Assembly (NCBI GenBank): GCA_963749595.1 | Contig: CAVVNJ010000010.1 | Coordinates: 1,223-65,222, forward strand | From: Candidatus Woesebacteria bacterium | GTDB taxonomy: Bacteria > Patescibacteriota > Microgenomatia > UBA1400 > UBA1396 | DNA length: 64,000 bases | Direction of reading: 5' to 3' | Part shown: positions 42,332 through 50,143 of the stretch, piece by piece | How the letters are laid out: each line of letters opens with the position of its first letter | Position numbering within the stretch: position 1 is the first letter of the stretch | The notes under the pieces: model-generated | Database searches by the model: none | What the model saw: only the letters and a program-made list of their open reading frames with translations | Told to the model about the DNA's origin: nothing | Translations under genes and position numbers: made by a program

Positions 42332-44104
42332 TTAGGCCACCCGGATCTTCGCCAGTTCTTGAGTGGTGGTAATGTCCGCCACGCTTTTGTCATCCCGAAA
42401 CCGCACCAGACGGGGAAAACGCAACGCCACCCCCGCCGTATGCAGTGGCGATTTGGTAATCTCGTCCGCCGCCACTTCAACCACTAACTCCGGCGTCAGG
42501 AGCACATCCGGTTGTAACGCCTCCGGAATATCAATTTGCCAAGCGGATTTTTTCTGACCTTTGGCCGCAATTTGGTTAGCCCGCTCTTTGAACTCCCGCC
42601 ACTGTTCATCCGAAAGACCGGTGCCGATCTTGGCCAGAGTCACAATTGCGTCGCGTTTGGGATCAAGAACGCCGACCAAAAAAGCGCCGACACCAAAGGC
42701 GGTTCGTTTGCCCCGACCGGCATACGTTCCCAACACCACCGCGTCGACGGTGTCGGTCAGCTTGGCCGTGGTCCCCTCCACTTCTTTCATCTTGACCCAG
42801 TTAAAATCCTGGCGTCCGGGTTGATAGAAACCGTCGACGCGCTTAATCACTACCCCTTCCAGCCCGGCGCCCAACTGCTTTTGGTGGAATTCACGAAAAG
42901 CTTCGGGGTCGGTAGTTCGCAAATGCGGGGCCAGGGTCAAATCGCGTTTGGCCGGCGCCAGTACCTTTTCCAGCTGAGCCCGGCGCTCGGCCATCGGCAC
43001 CCGCAGCAACGACCGGCCGTTGTAATAAAGCAGATCGAAAACAAAGAAACGCAGTGGAATGCTGGCGGCCGCGGCCTCAATGCCGTGCTTGCGTTTGCGC
43101 TTGATGGTTTGCTGAAAAGTCACCAGCTCGCCACTTTCCGGATCATAGCCCACGGCTTCGGCGTCAAAAATGACTGTCTGGGCGTCGACTTCCGCCACGA
43201 ACTTGGGCAGCTCGGGAAACATCGGGGTGTTTTCTTCCAGATTGCGGGTATAAGAATGTAGCTCTCCGGTCTGGGAGTTCCAGTGAATTTGCAACCGGGT
43301 GCCATCATATTTGGGCTCAACGAAGACCTCACCCATCTTGGCGATCACTTCAGTGGGACTTTTAATCCGGTCGCATAGTGCGGCCAAGATCGGCACACTC
43401 AAGGCCGCGTCCAACTTCTGGGCCGCCGTCAAACCGCCGCGCAAAACTTGAGCCGCGATTTCCCCGATGTCAGGGTGGCGTTGATAAATGTCATCTAGTT
43501 CCGGACGAACCGACTTGTCTCCCTTGAGAAACCAAGACAGGGCATCCAAAATAGTACGGTCGGAAAAACCGAGCCGCAGGTGTCCCATCACCATTCGCGC
43601 CACATACCGAGCCGACAGCGGATCGAGTTCCTTAAACAGCGCTGCCACCGCGCGGATCTTTTCGTCCTGACTCCCCTGTCCGCCCAGCTCGGTAATTTCC
43701 AGCAGTCGAGCATACAAATCTTTGACCGTTAGCGAACCCTGGCCACCAAACTTACGCACGACCTCCTCGGCCAATAGACCAATGTCACCCAGTTTCTTGA
43801 ACCGCTTCTTCATTTGTTGCTTGGCTTCTTCATCACGCAACCCTACCGCTCCACCAAATAAATCGGTTTTGTGTTCCCCGCCCTCGATCGACGTTAGGGA
43901 ATAAAGCATGAACTGCAAGCCAAAGTTATATTCCCGATTGGCATAAATTGGCCCCGTTTGACCGAGCACCAGATAAAGAAACGGCGCCACCTCGTCGGCC
44001 GTGACCGAATGCAAAAACTCCGCCAGAAGACGGGTCTGCTCTAGTTTTTTACTAGTAACTTCCAGCGGCTGCAAAACTTTTTGGGTGAAATCGGCGACTT
44101 TCAT
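42332..44104 (-). CDS. ATP-dependent DNA ligase, three-domain Lig1/archaeal-like (590 aa)
   Basis: The adenylation motif is VEPKYDGTRLQIHW (KxDG). It also has ..EGVVIKR.. and ..WVKMK.. motifs, and a long N-terminal DNA-binding-domain-sized region. Confidence 0.9.
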   Translation of the reverse strand: MKVADFTQKVLQPLEVTSKKLEQTRLLAEFLHSVTADEVAPFLYLVLGQTGPIYANREYNFGLQFMLYSLTSIEGGEHKTDLFGGAVGLRDEEAKQQMKKRFKKLGDIGLLAEEVVRKFGGQGSLTVKDLYARLLEITELGGQGSQDEKIRAVAALFKELDPLSARYVARMVMGHLRLGFSDRTILDALSWFLKGDKSVRPELDDIYQRHPDIGEIAAQVLRGGLTAAQKLDAALSVPILAALCDRIKSPTEVIAKMGEVFVEPKYDGTRLQIHWNSQTGELHSYTRNLEENTPMFPELPKFVAEVDAQTVIFDAEAVGYDPESGELVTFQQTIKRKRKHGIEAAAASIPLRFFVFDLLYYNGRSLLRVPMAERRAQLEKVLAPAKRDLTLAPHLRTTDPEAFREFHQKQLGAGLEGVVIKRVDGFYQPGRQDFNWVKMKEVEGTTAKLTDTVDAVVLGTYAGRGKRTAFGVGAFLVGVLDPKRDAIVTLAKIGTGLSDEQWREFKERANQIAAKGQKKSAWQIDIPEALQPDVLLTPELVVEVAADEITKSPLHTAGVALRFPRLVRFRDDKSVADITTTQELAKIRVA

Positions 44105-44123
44105 AACTGTAGATTACCAGAGC

Positions 44124-45233
44124 TTAGACCAAGGTGTAATTCACGCCCTTGGTGACACCGTGCTTGCGAATGATGCCCTTGGCGATTAGGTCTTTCAGAT
44201 CGCGCAAAATGGTATCGGTAGAAATCAGTGGCAGAATTTCGTTCAAGTCTAGCGAGCTAACCTTGCCCCGCTCCTGCAAGTATTCCATGATAATTAACTG
44301 GCGCTCGGTCAGGGCCACCTGTTGACCGAGCTTTTTCTGCAGGCGAAAATCTTGGGACAGTTTGAGCACGGCTTGCTTGATCCGGTCCAACTCGATTGCC
44401 AAGCCGTAAGAAAAATATTCCAACCAGTAGGTTAGATCAGAATTGGGGCTATCCTGCACCGATTTGATGGCCCGGTAGTAACCCTCAATGTCATTGTCAA
44501 AATACTGTTCGAGTGAGAAAAAGCGCTTGACGTCAAATCCCTCGGCGTACATCAGGGCGAGCGCGGCCGCGCGGGCGGTCCGACCGTTGCCCTCGATAAA
44601 CGGATGGATGTGCACTAGCTGATAATGCGTCGCGGCCGCGCGAAAAATGGTGTGCAATCCTGAAGATTCGGGACCGTTCAACCAGGCAAAAAACTCTTTC
44701 AGGAGCAGCGGCACTTCTTCCGGAATCGGCGGGCGGTAAGCGATTTGTCCGCTTTCCACGCTGCGCACCACGACGCGCTGAGTACGGTACTGACCACAAT
44801 TTTCCGGCGGAATGATCCGGTGTACGCACAGCGAGTGCCAGGTACGCAACATATCCTCGGTATAAAGCGGGCGCGCTCCAGGCGAAATTTTACGGCCCCA
44901 ATCATTAATCCAGTCCAGAACGGCACGATAGTTAATCACCTCCTGAATGTCGCGCGCCCGGCCCACAATGCCAGCCTGACGGGCTACCTCATCGGTCTGG
45001 GTTCCAGGGGTCGCGATCACCCGCTCCGCTTGCTCGGCGCTTAATTCATTACCCTCCAGACGGGTGCCGTGATAAACCGTGCGCACCCGCGCTTCCTGCT
45101 GAAACTTGGCCTCCCAGGCCGGTACCATTGGCGCATTACGGATAACCTCCCGCGACGCCTCAATGCTGGCAATATATTGGAGTAAGTTATTACTGATTCG
45201 AAAATTGGGCTGAAACATATCGCTACCAAACAC
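44124..45233 (-). CDS. Fic-family protein with a C-terminal winged-helix domain
   Basis: It carries the Fic motif HPFIEGNGRTAR. Confidence 0.85.
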   Translation of the reverse strand: MFGSDMFQPNFRISNNLLQYIASIEASREVIRNAPMVPAWEAKFQQEARVRTVYHGTRLEGNELSAEQAERVIATPGTQTDEVARQAGIVGRARDIQEVINYRAVLDWINDWGRKISPGARPLYTEDMLRTWHSLCVHRIIPPENCGQYRTQRVVVRSVESGQIAYRPPIPEEVPLLLKEFFAWLNGPESSGLHTIFRAAATHYQLVHIHPFIEGNGRTARAAALALMYAEGFDVKRFFSLEQYFDNDIEGYYRAIKSVQDSPNSDLTYWLEYFSYGLAIELDRIKQAVLKLSQDFRLQKKLGQQVALTERQLIIMEYLQERGKVSSLDLNEILPLISTDTILRDLKDLIAKGIIRKHGVTKGVNYTLV

Positions 45234-45273
45234 ACTGTATCACTATTTCGGCATCTTTTGCAACAATCAGACT

Positions 45274-45282
45274 TGCTATAAT
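45274..45282 (+). promoter_or_regulatory. Extended -10 promoter (TGC-TATAAT) for the 45292 gene
   Basis: The + strand reads ..gactTGcTATAATgtatggttcATG. Confidence 0.45.
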
Positions 45283-45291
45283 GTATGGTTC

Positions 45292-45597
45292 ATGCCAAAA
45301 ACACCGCGCAACTTCCAAGAACTTCCCTTGGCCTTCGTCCAGGAATCCATCGCTCTCGCCACCTCTGGTTTTGGCCTGGTGGTTGCCCTCGCCTGGAACG
45401 AACTGGTCAAGGATTTAATCAGCCATTACGTTGAACCCTACCTCGGTGCCTCCAGCGGGACGATCTCAAAATTAATCTATGCCCTCGTGATGACCTTCCT
45501 GGCGATTTTCGTGACCATGCAGTTGGTGAGAGTCGAGCAAACTTTGCAGCATCTGGCTGATCGGAAAAAAAAATCGACTAGGAAAAAAACAACTTGA
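45292..45597 (+). CDS. Small two-TM membrane protein (101 aa)
   Basis: It has two hydrophobic helices and a basic tail (..DRKKKSTRKKTT). Confidence 0.55.
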   Translation: MPKTPRNFQELPLAFVQESIALATSGFGLVVALAWNELVKDLISHYVEPYLGASSGTISKLIYALVMTFLAIFVTMQLVRVEQTLQHLADRKKKSTRKKTT

Positions 45598-45672
45598 CAT
45601 AAAAGATGATTTAGATTATAAGTAAACTTGCTAAATCCAATGTGTCTATCAACTAGCACAATTGAGCAATTA

Positions 45673-45696
45673 ATCCCTCTCGCAGAGGGATTTTTT
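45673..45696 (+). terminator. Intrinsic terminator
   Basis: ATCCCTCT-CGC-AGAGGGAT is followed by T6. Confidence 0.75.
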
Positions 45697-45749
45697 GTGG
45701 TTTTTGTAACTATCTGGTAAGAATTATTTGCTATAAAGCGAGTGTGGTC

Positions 45750-45821
45750 AGGCCCGGCTACTGGTAGCAAATTGGATTTAGCATCTCAATTACGGGGGTT
45801 CGATGCCCCTCGGGTCCACCA
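45750..45821 (+). ncRNA. tRNA-Ala-like RNA #3 (acceptor stem + T-arm + ACCA, no anticodon arm found)
   Basis: AGGCCCG | 37 nt | GGGGG TTCGATG CCCCT | CGGGTCC | ACCA. The pairs are A1.C72, G2:C71, G3:U70, then 4 G:C pairs. Confidence 0.4.
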
Positions 45822-46832
45822 CTATTGAGTGACCAGCATCCAAGCAATTGGTATCTGCTCGATCAGATCCGAGGTATTAAACATGACACCCTGTTTTAGA
45901 TATAGCTCGTGTCCAGCTTGTTTATTCAGCCACGCCCCCACCACCGCCGAAGCAAAAGCCGGAGATGTAGCCCGGAAACCCAAGATCAAACCAGCTAACG
46001 CATCGCCGGTGCCACCTTTGCTTAGTCCTGCGTTGCCACCAGCTAGAATCACCAGCTCCGCGTCGTTCCAAATTAAATCAACCGTTCCCTTCAGCAAAAA
46101 GGTCGCTCCCCGGCAATCTTGAGAAAGATGATGTAGTTGATCCCGCAACCGACCGTCGATAAAATTCTGCCAGATATGTTCGGAAACAAACTGCGCCGGC
46201 AAAGAATCGGGGTTTCCCAAAGGATGGTGAACCGAGTGGGCCAAATCCTGCTGCGCTGACAGTAATTTTTCCAACCAGCCGGGAGTGCCACCAGGCAGCT
46301 TGGCCAAAAATTGCCTTAGTTCAACCAGGTGCGGCGTTAACACTGCCTCCGCCGGCGTCCAAGTTGGGTCCATTACCTGTAACGCGCCGGCATCGATTAT
46401 CCAACGCTTACTCGGCCAACCCAGCAGCAACGCCGCCGTGACCGCCCGCGTATCGGTTTCCCAATCCAACGGTAATAATTCTTCGGCCCGGAGTTGATTT
46501 AATTGTTCGTCGGTAAAACGGGTAACCACGTCACGCCGCATGCCCGGCCCAATCAAAATCGCGTCGGCTTCTCCCAAATAATGCGGCAACTCAGCCCGGG
46601 GCACCACCACACCATCATGGGCATAAAACTTGGCGTCACGCAGTAGCTCGTTATTCTCTGCCACCGAGGCATAAAAAGTCATGTCGACCAAGCGGGAACA
46701 AATTTTAAAACTCCACTGGCTGGCGGCGTGAAATAAATCGCTGCCGCCGACAATCAGCGCCTTGCCATTCTGACCTTTGTGGGACAGGGGTTGAGGCTGG
46801 TGAATTTGCGCCAGAAAGCCGGAAAGCATCAT
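45822..46832 (-). CDS. NAD(P)H-hydrate dehydratase / YjeF C-terminal carbohydrate-kinase-like protein
   Basis: It contains ..GGNAGLSKGGTGDALAGLILG... Confidence 0.75.
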   Translation of the reverse strand: MMLSGFLAQIHQPQPLSHKGQNGKALIVGGSDLFHAASQWSFKICSRLVDMTFYASVAENNELLRDAKFYAHDGVVVPRAELPHYLGEADAILIGPGMRRDVVTRFTDEQLNQLRAEELLPLDWETDTRAVTAALLLGWPSKRWIIDAGALQVMDPTWTPAEAVLTPHLVELRQFLAKLPGGTPGWLEKLLSAQQDLAHSVHHPLGNPDSLPAQFVSEHIWQNFIDGRLRDQLHHLSQDCRGATFLLKGTVDLIWNDAELVILAGGNAGLSKGGTGDALAGLILGFRATSPAFASAVVGAWLNKQAGHELYLKQGVMFNTSDLIEQIPIAWMLVTQ

Positions 46833-46849
46833 TGACTCGAGTATAGCAG

Positions 46850-47470
46850 CTAGCGCGACGTCTCCGCCGACGTGACGCCGATTTGATAAGCGGCTACGAT
46901 TTGCACCAGAGTGTCACGCGGCAAACCAACCAAACTAAGGACATAAGGCAAACGATTTCCCTCCTCGACTAGCTTATCCAGCGAAAAGGCCCCGGTGGTT
47001 GGATCAAACAACTTGGCTAAATGCTGAAGCGCAGCAATCGAGTGTTCGGTTTTAAGCGCTGCCGTCTGATTCCCATTAACTAAACCTGGCTGGCTAACTT
47101 TAATGAGCTGTTGCGTTTTGGCGTGGGCCAAATTAAGTAAACCAACCACTTTAATCCGCATGGCCGCCCGCAAGCGGAGTTCGTTGCGCTTAAGTTCTTC
47201 GTCGGTTGAGGGTTCAAAAATCCGCCAAGCGGCCGATTTGGTGGCGACTTGGTAGTTATTTTTTTGGAGCTGGAGCCAAATCGAGCCAATAACCACGATC
47301 TCGGTCATCTCCCAAGCAATATCCCAGAGCAATACTTGGACTGGCGTACCGACTTCCCGGAAGCGCTGATAAAACTCTTCCTGAGTTTGGGTTTGTGGAT
47401 CGAAGTGGAATAAATCCGAGTGCTTATTGGTGCTGGGCAGAACCTCGGTCTCGGGTGGCTTCCTGATCAT
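46850..47470 (-). CDS. Hypothetical protein (about 206 aa)
   Basis: ATG at 47470 forms an ATGA overlap with the recF stop. No motif was recognised. Confidence 0.45.
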   Translation of the reverse strand: MIRKPPETEVLPSTNKHSDLFHFDPQTQTQEEFYQRFREVGTPVQVLLWDIAWEMTEIVVIGSIWLQLQKNNYQVATKSAAWRIFEPSTDEELKRNELRLRAAMRIKVVGLLNLAHAKTQQLIKVSQPGLVNGNQTAALKTEHSIAALQHLAKLFDPTTGAFSLDKLVEEGNRLPYVLSLVGLPRDTLVQIVAAYQIGVTSAETSR

Positions 47471-48513
47471 AGGAGGGTAGTATACGTCATGGTCAAAGTG
47501 GGTGGAATCTCGATACAAGTGAGGATGACTTGTTGACCTTTGACCGCTCTTAAAAGGAACGATTGATTGTCGGCGTCCAGTTCAGAAAAAACGTCATCGA
47601 GCAATAAAACCGGCGCCTCGGCTGAGCGGGAACGCAAGTACGCCAACTCGCTCAATTTCCACCAGACGAGGGCTAAACGCTGTTCACCACGGGAACCAAA
47701 ATGTTCAATGTCACGCCAATCGCCACCGCGGGAAAACTCAATTTTCCAATCGTCCTTGTGCGGGCCGACCAGCGTATGACCCGCCCCCACCTCGGCTTGG
47801 GCATAATGATGTAAGCGTTCTTCGGAAATAACCGAGTGATCATAAGTCACACGGTATGGTTCGCGAATTCCGTCTTGTTGACTGAGCCACTGGAGAAATT
47901 CGGCGCGGGCGGTATGGAGCACTGTACCGTGTTCGATCAGGAGCCGGTCCCAGGCAAAAAAATCATAGCGATCAGCCTGACCAGTGCGTAGCTGAACGAT
48001 GAGTTTGTTGCGGCGGCGCAGGGCTTGTTCGTAGCCACGCCGGGAACGGCGATAATCGGGCCAAACTTGATCCAACAGCCGGTCCAACAAGCGCCGCCGC
48101 GCACTCGGACCCGCCTGAAAAACATTCATGTCTTCCGGCGTGAACAAAACGGTTTGCAACTGGCCCGCCGCCTCGCTGGAGCGCCGCCCCACCCCGTTCA
48201 CCCGGTACAAACGCTTATTGGTTCGTTTGCCTTGGATTGAACCGGCGGTAAAAATTTGCTCCAAATCGATTATTTCGCCGCTGTCTAACTCGACTTTGCC
48301 TTTAATTCGCCCCAATTCACTTTGCCAGCGGATTAATTCTTCGGTCCGATCGGCGCGCCAGGACTCGCCGGTGGCCAATAACTGAATGGCTTCAATCAAA
48401 TTGGACTTGCCGCTGCCGTTGGGGGCGGCCAAAACATTGAGTCCTGGCGCAAAGACCCAATGCTTTTCGGCAAAAGAGCGAAAATTTTGCAACCACAGAC
48501 CGTCGATTCTCAT
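47467..48513 (-). CDS. recF: DNA replication/repair protein RecF
   Basis: It starts MRIDGLWLQNFRSF..., has the Walker A motif APNGSGKSN and the ..LLLDDVFSELD.. signature. Confidence 0.9.
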   Translation of the reverse strand: MRIDGLWLQNFRSFAEKHWVFAPGLNVLAAPNGSGKSNLIEAIQLLATGESWRADRTEELIRWQSELGRIKGKVELDSGEIIDLEQIFTAGSIQGKRTNKRLYRVNGVGRRSSEAAGQLQTVLFTPEDMNVFQAGPSARRRLLDRLLDQVWPDYRRSRRGYEQALRRRNKLIVQLRTGQADRYDFFAWDRLLIEHGTVLHTARAEFLQWLSQQDGIREPYRVTYDHSVISEERLHHYAQAEVGAGHTLVGPHKDDWKIEFSRGGDWRDIEHFGSRGEQRLALVWWKLSELAYLRSRSAEAPVLLLDDVFSELDADNQSFLLRAVKGQQVILTCIEIPPTLTMTYTTLL

Positions 48514-48584
48514 TTGGCGCTAGCGTACCACACGCCTGCTAGCTAATAATGCTGCTTGATCGACTGAAAAAAAATATGTTATAA

Positions 48585-49169
48585 ATGAGGTCTATGTTTA
48601 AGTCACTGAAGAAGTATTTGTTTCTCCTCGTCCTGGCCATGTTTGCCGTCCCGGCTCTGGCCCAAAGACCCTCACCCCGACCCACTCCCCGGGCGACCAA
48701 CAAGCCGGTGACTGCCCGGATGAATGCCTGTTTGGCCAAGGAAAGGGCGATTGAAACCCGCATGTCCAGTTTGGTCCGCTTCACCGACAATATGATCGAA
48801 AAATTCACGGCGATTACGCTGCGGGTCCAAGAGTTTTACACCACGAAGGTGCTGCCAACCGGGGAGGTAGTGCCTAATTATGACGCGATGATCGCTAATA
48901 TCGAGGCCAAGAAGCTGGCGATTCAGCCACTGGTCACCAAGGCCCAGAGTGACGTCACGGCTTTTTCTTGTGAAGGCGACACGAGAGTAATTTTCAACAC
49001 TTTCCGCCAGGATATGCAGGCGGTGAAGCAGGCGCTTCATGAATACCGGACGGCGATCAAAAGCTTGATCGTCGCGGTGAGCGGCGTGGTTGAGGAAGCT
49101 GAAGCCACTCCAACCCCGACTCCGTCCCCTACCCCGACGCCAACTCCCACCACCACCCCAGAAACTTAA
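48585..49169 (+). CDS. Secreted helical protein with a Pro/Thr-rich C-terminal tail
   Basis: The signal peptide is ..LVLAMFAVPALAQ. The tail is ..ATPTPTPSPTPTPTPTTTPET. Confidence 0.5.
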   Translation: MRSMFKSLKKYLFLLVLAMFAVPALAQRPSPRPTPRATNKPVTARMNACLAKERAIETRMSSLVRFTDNMIEKFTAITLRVQEFYTTKVLPTGEVVPNYDAMIANIEAKKLAIQPLVTKAQSDVTAFSCEGDTRVIFNTFRQDMQAVKQALHEYRTAIKSLIVAVSGVVEEAEATPTPTPSPTPTPTPTTTPET

Positions 49170-49447
49170 TGAGGAATAACATGAAACAAAACTCCGGCGA
49201 ATTACAACTAACTTCCACCGCGGTCGGCTTGGTCCTGGGCGGACTGCTGGTCGGCGTCTATTTCTGGCTAATGAATTCTCAGCCAACGCCTCCTTTAATG
49301 GGTAATGAAGCGGCCACGGTCGTTGAACGGGCTTCGGAAATTGAAAGCCGGGCTCAACTGGAGGCGGTCAATCGCGAACTGGACGCCACCAATTTGAACG
49401 AAATCGATTCCGAATTGACGCGGATTCAAACGCAGGTTAATTACTAG
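49169..49447 (+). CDS. Small single-TM protein (92 aa)
   Basis: Its start overlaps the previous stop. The TM segment is AVGLVLGGLLVGVYFWL. Confidence 0.4.
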   Translation: MRNNMKQNSGELQLTSTAVGLVLGGLLVGVYFWLMNSQPTPPLMGNEAATVVERASEIESRAQLEAVNRELDATNLNEIDSELTRIQTQVNY

Positions 49448-49498
49448 CCAAGCGGGTTAGCCACTTTTTCAAAACAGTCGAGCTGATTGCCCGCCCCA

Positions 49499-50120
49499 GG
49501 ATATATATCCTCCCAGCGTTTTGCCTCCCAAACTGTCCCCTAGGGAGACCTCAAATTGCTCCCAAGGGTGACCCTAAACATGCCCTAATTCAGACCTTGC
49601 GGGCAATAGGGGTCCATTACTGGGTTAGTTTCAGTCCATCCGGGCAAACAGAGGGTAATTTGGAGACAGATCGACTAGTTAAAAACCAAAGATACTATCG
49701 GCATGCTCTTTTCTAGCCGGTGTCGATTTAGGTAGCGCTCCAGCTTGGCCAAGCTCCTGATAAATCAAATAACGAATAAAATTAGGTACAGTTAATTCTA
49801 ATAACTTGGCTCGATCTTTCAATAATCGGTAAGTAGTTGGTCCTAAGGTTAATCGAACTCGAGTATCAGCCATGAGTCTGTTTATACACTTCGATTCTTA
49901 CCCAATACTAACCGATAGCAGTTTATCGGCGGATCCACTCGCCCATTCTTGACCCTTATTTGCCCGCCATGGCCACAGATGGACCGCTGGTAGACCCCAT
50001 CTGCCCAAAAGTCCCTAGAGTAACCACAAACTGCTCCTAAAACTAACCTATCTGGGGTCACTTTCGGGGGTAATTTAGGAGGCAAAACACTGGGAGGGTA
50101 TAGATCCCAAACTCGTGAAG
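49499..50120. mobile_element. TIR-bounded repeat element, copy B (longest; carries the RHH ORF)
   Basis: The left TIR is GGATATATATCCTCCCAGCGTTTTGCCTCCCAAACTGTCCCC. The reverse complement of the right TIR is GGATCTATACCCTCCCAGTGTTTTGCCTCCTAAATTACCCC, about 36 of 42 matches by eye. Arms of about 180 nt on each side are conserved with copy A. Confidence 0.8.
49679..49873 (-). CDS. Ribbon-helix-helix (CopG/Arc-like) small protein inside TIR element B
   Basis: MADTRVRLTLGPTTYRLLKDRAKLLELTVPNFIRYLIYQELGQ... follows a beta-strand, helix, helix pattern. Confidence 0.5.
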   Translation of the reverse strand: MADTRVRLTLGPTTYRLLKDRAKLLELTVPNFIRYLIYQELGQAGALPKSTPARKEHADSIFGF

Positions 50121-50143
50121 CCATTCGTGAAAAACCAAAAATC

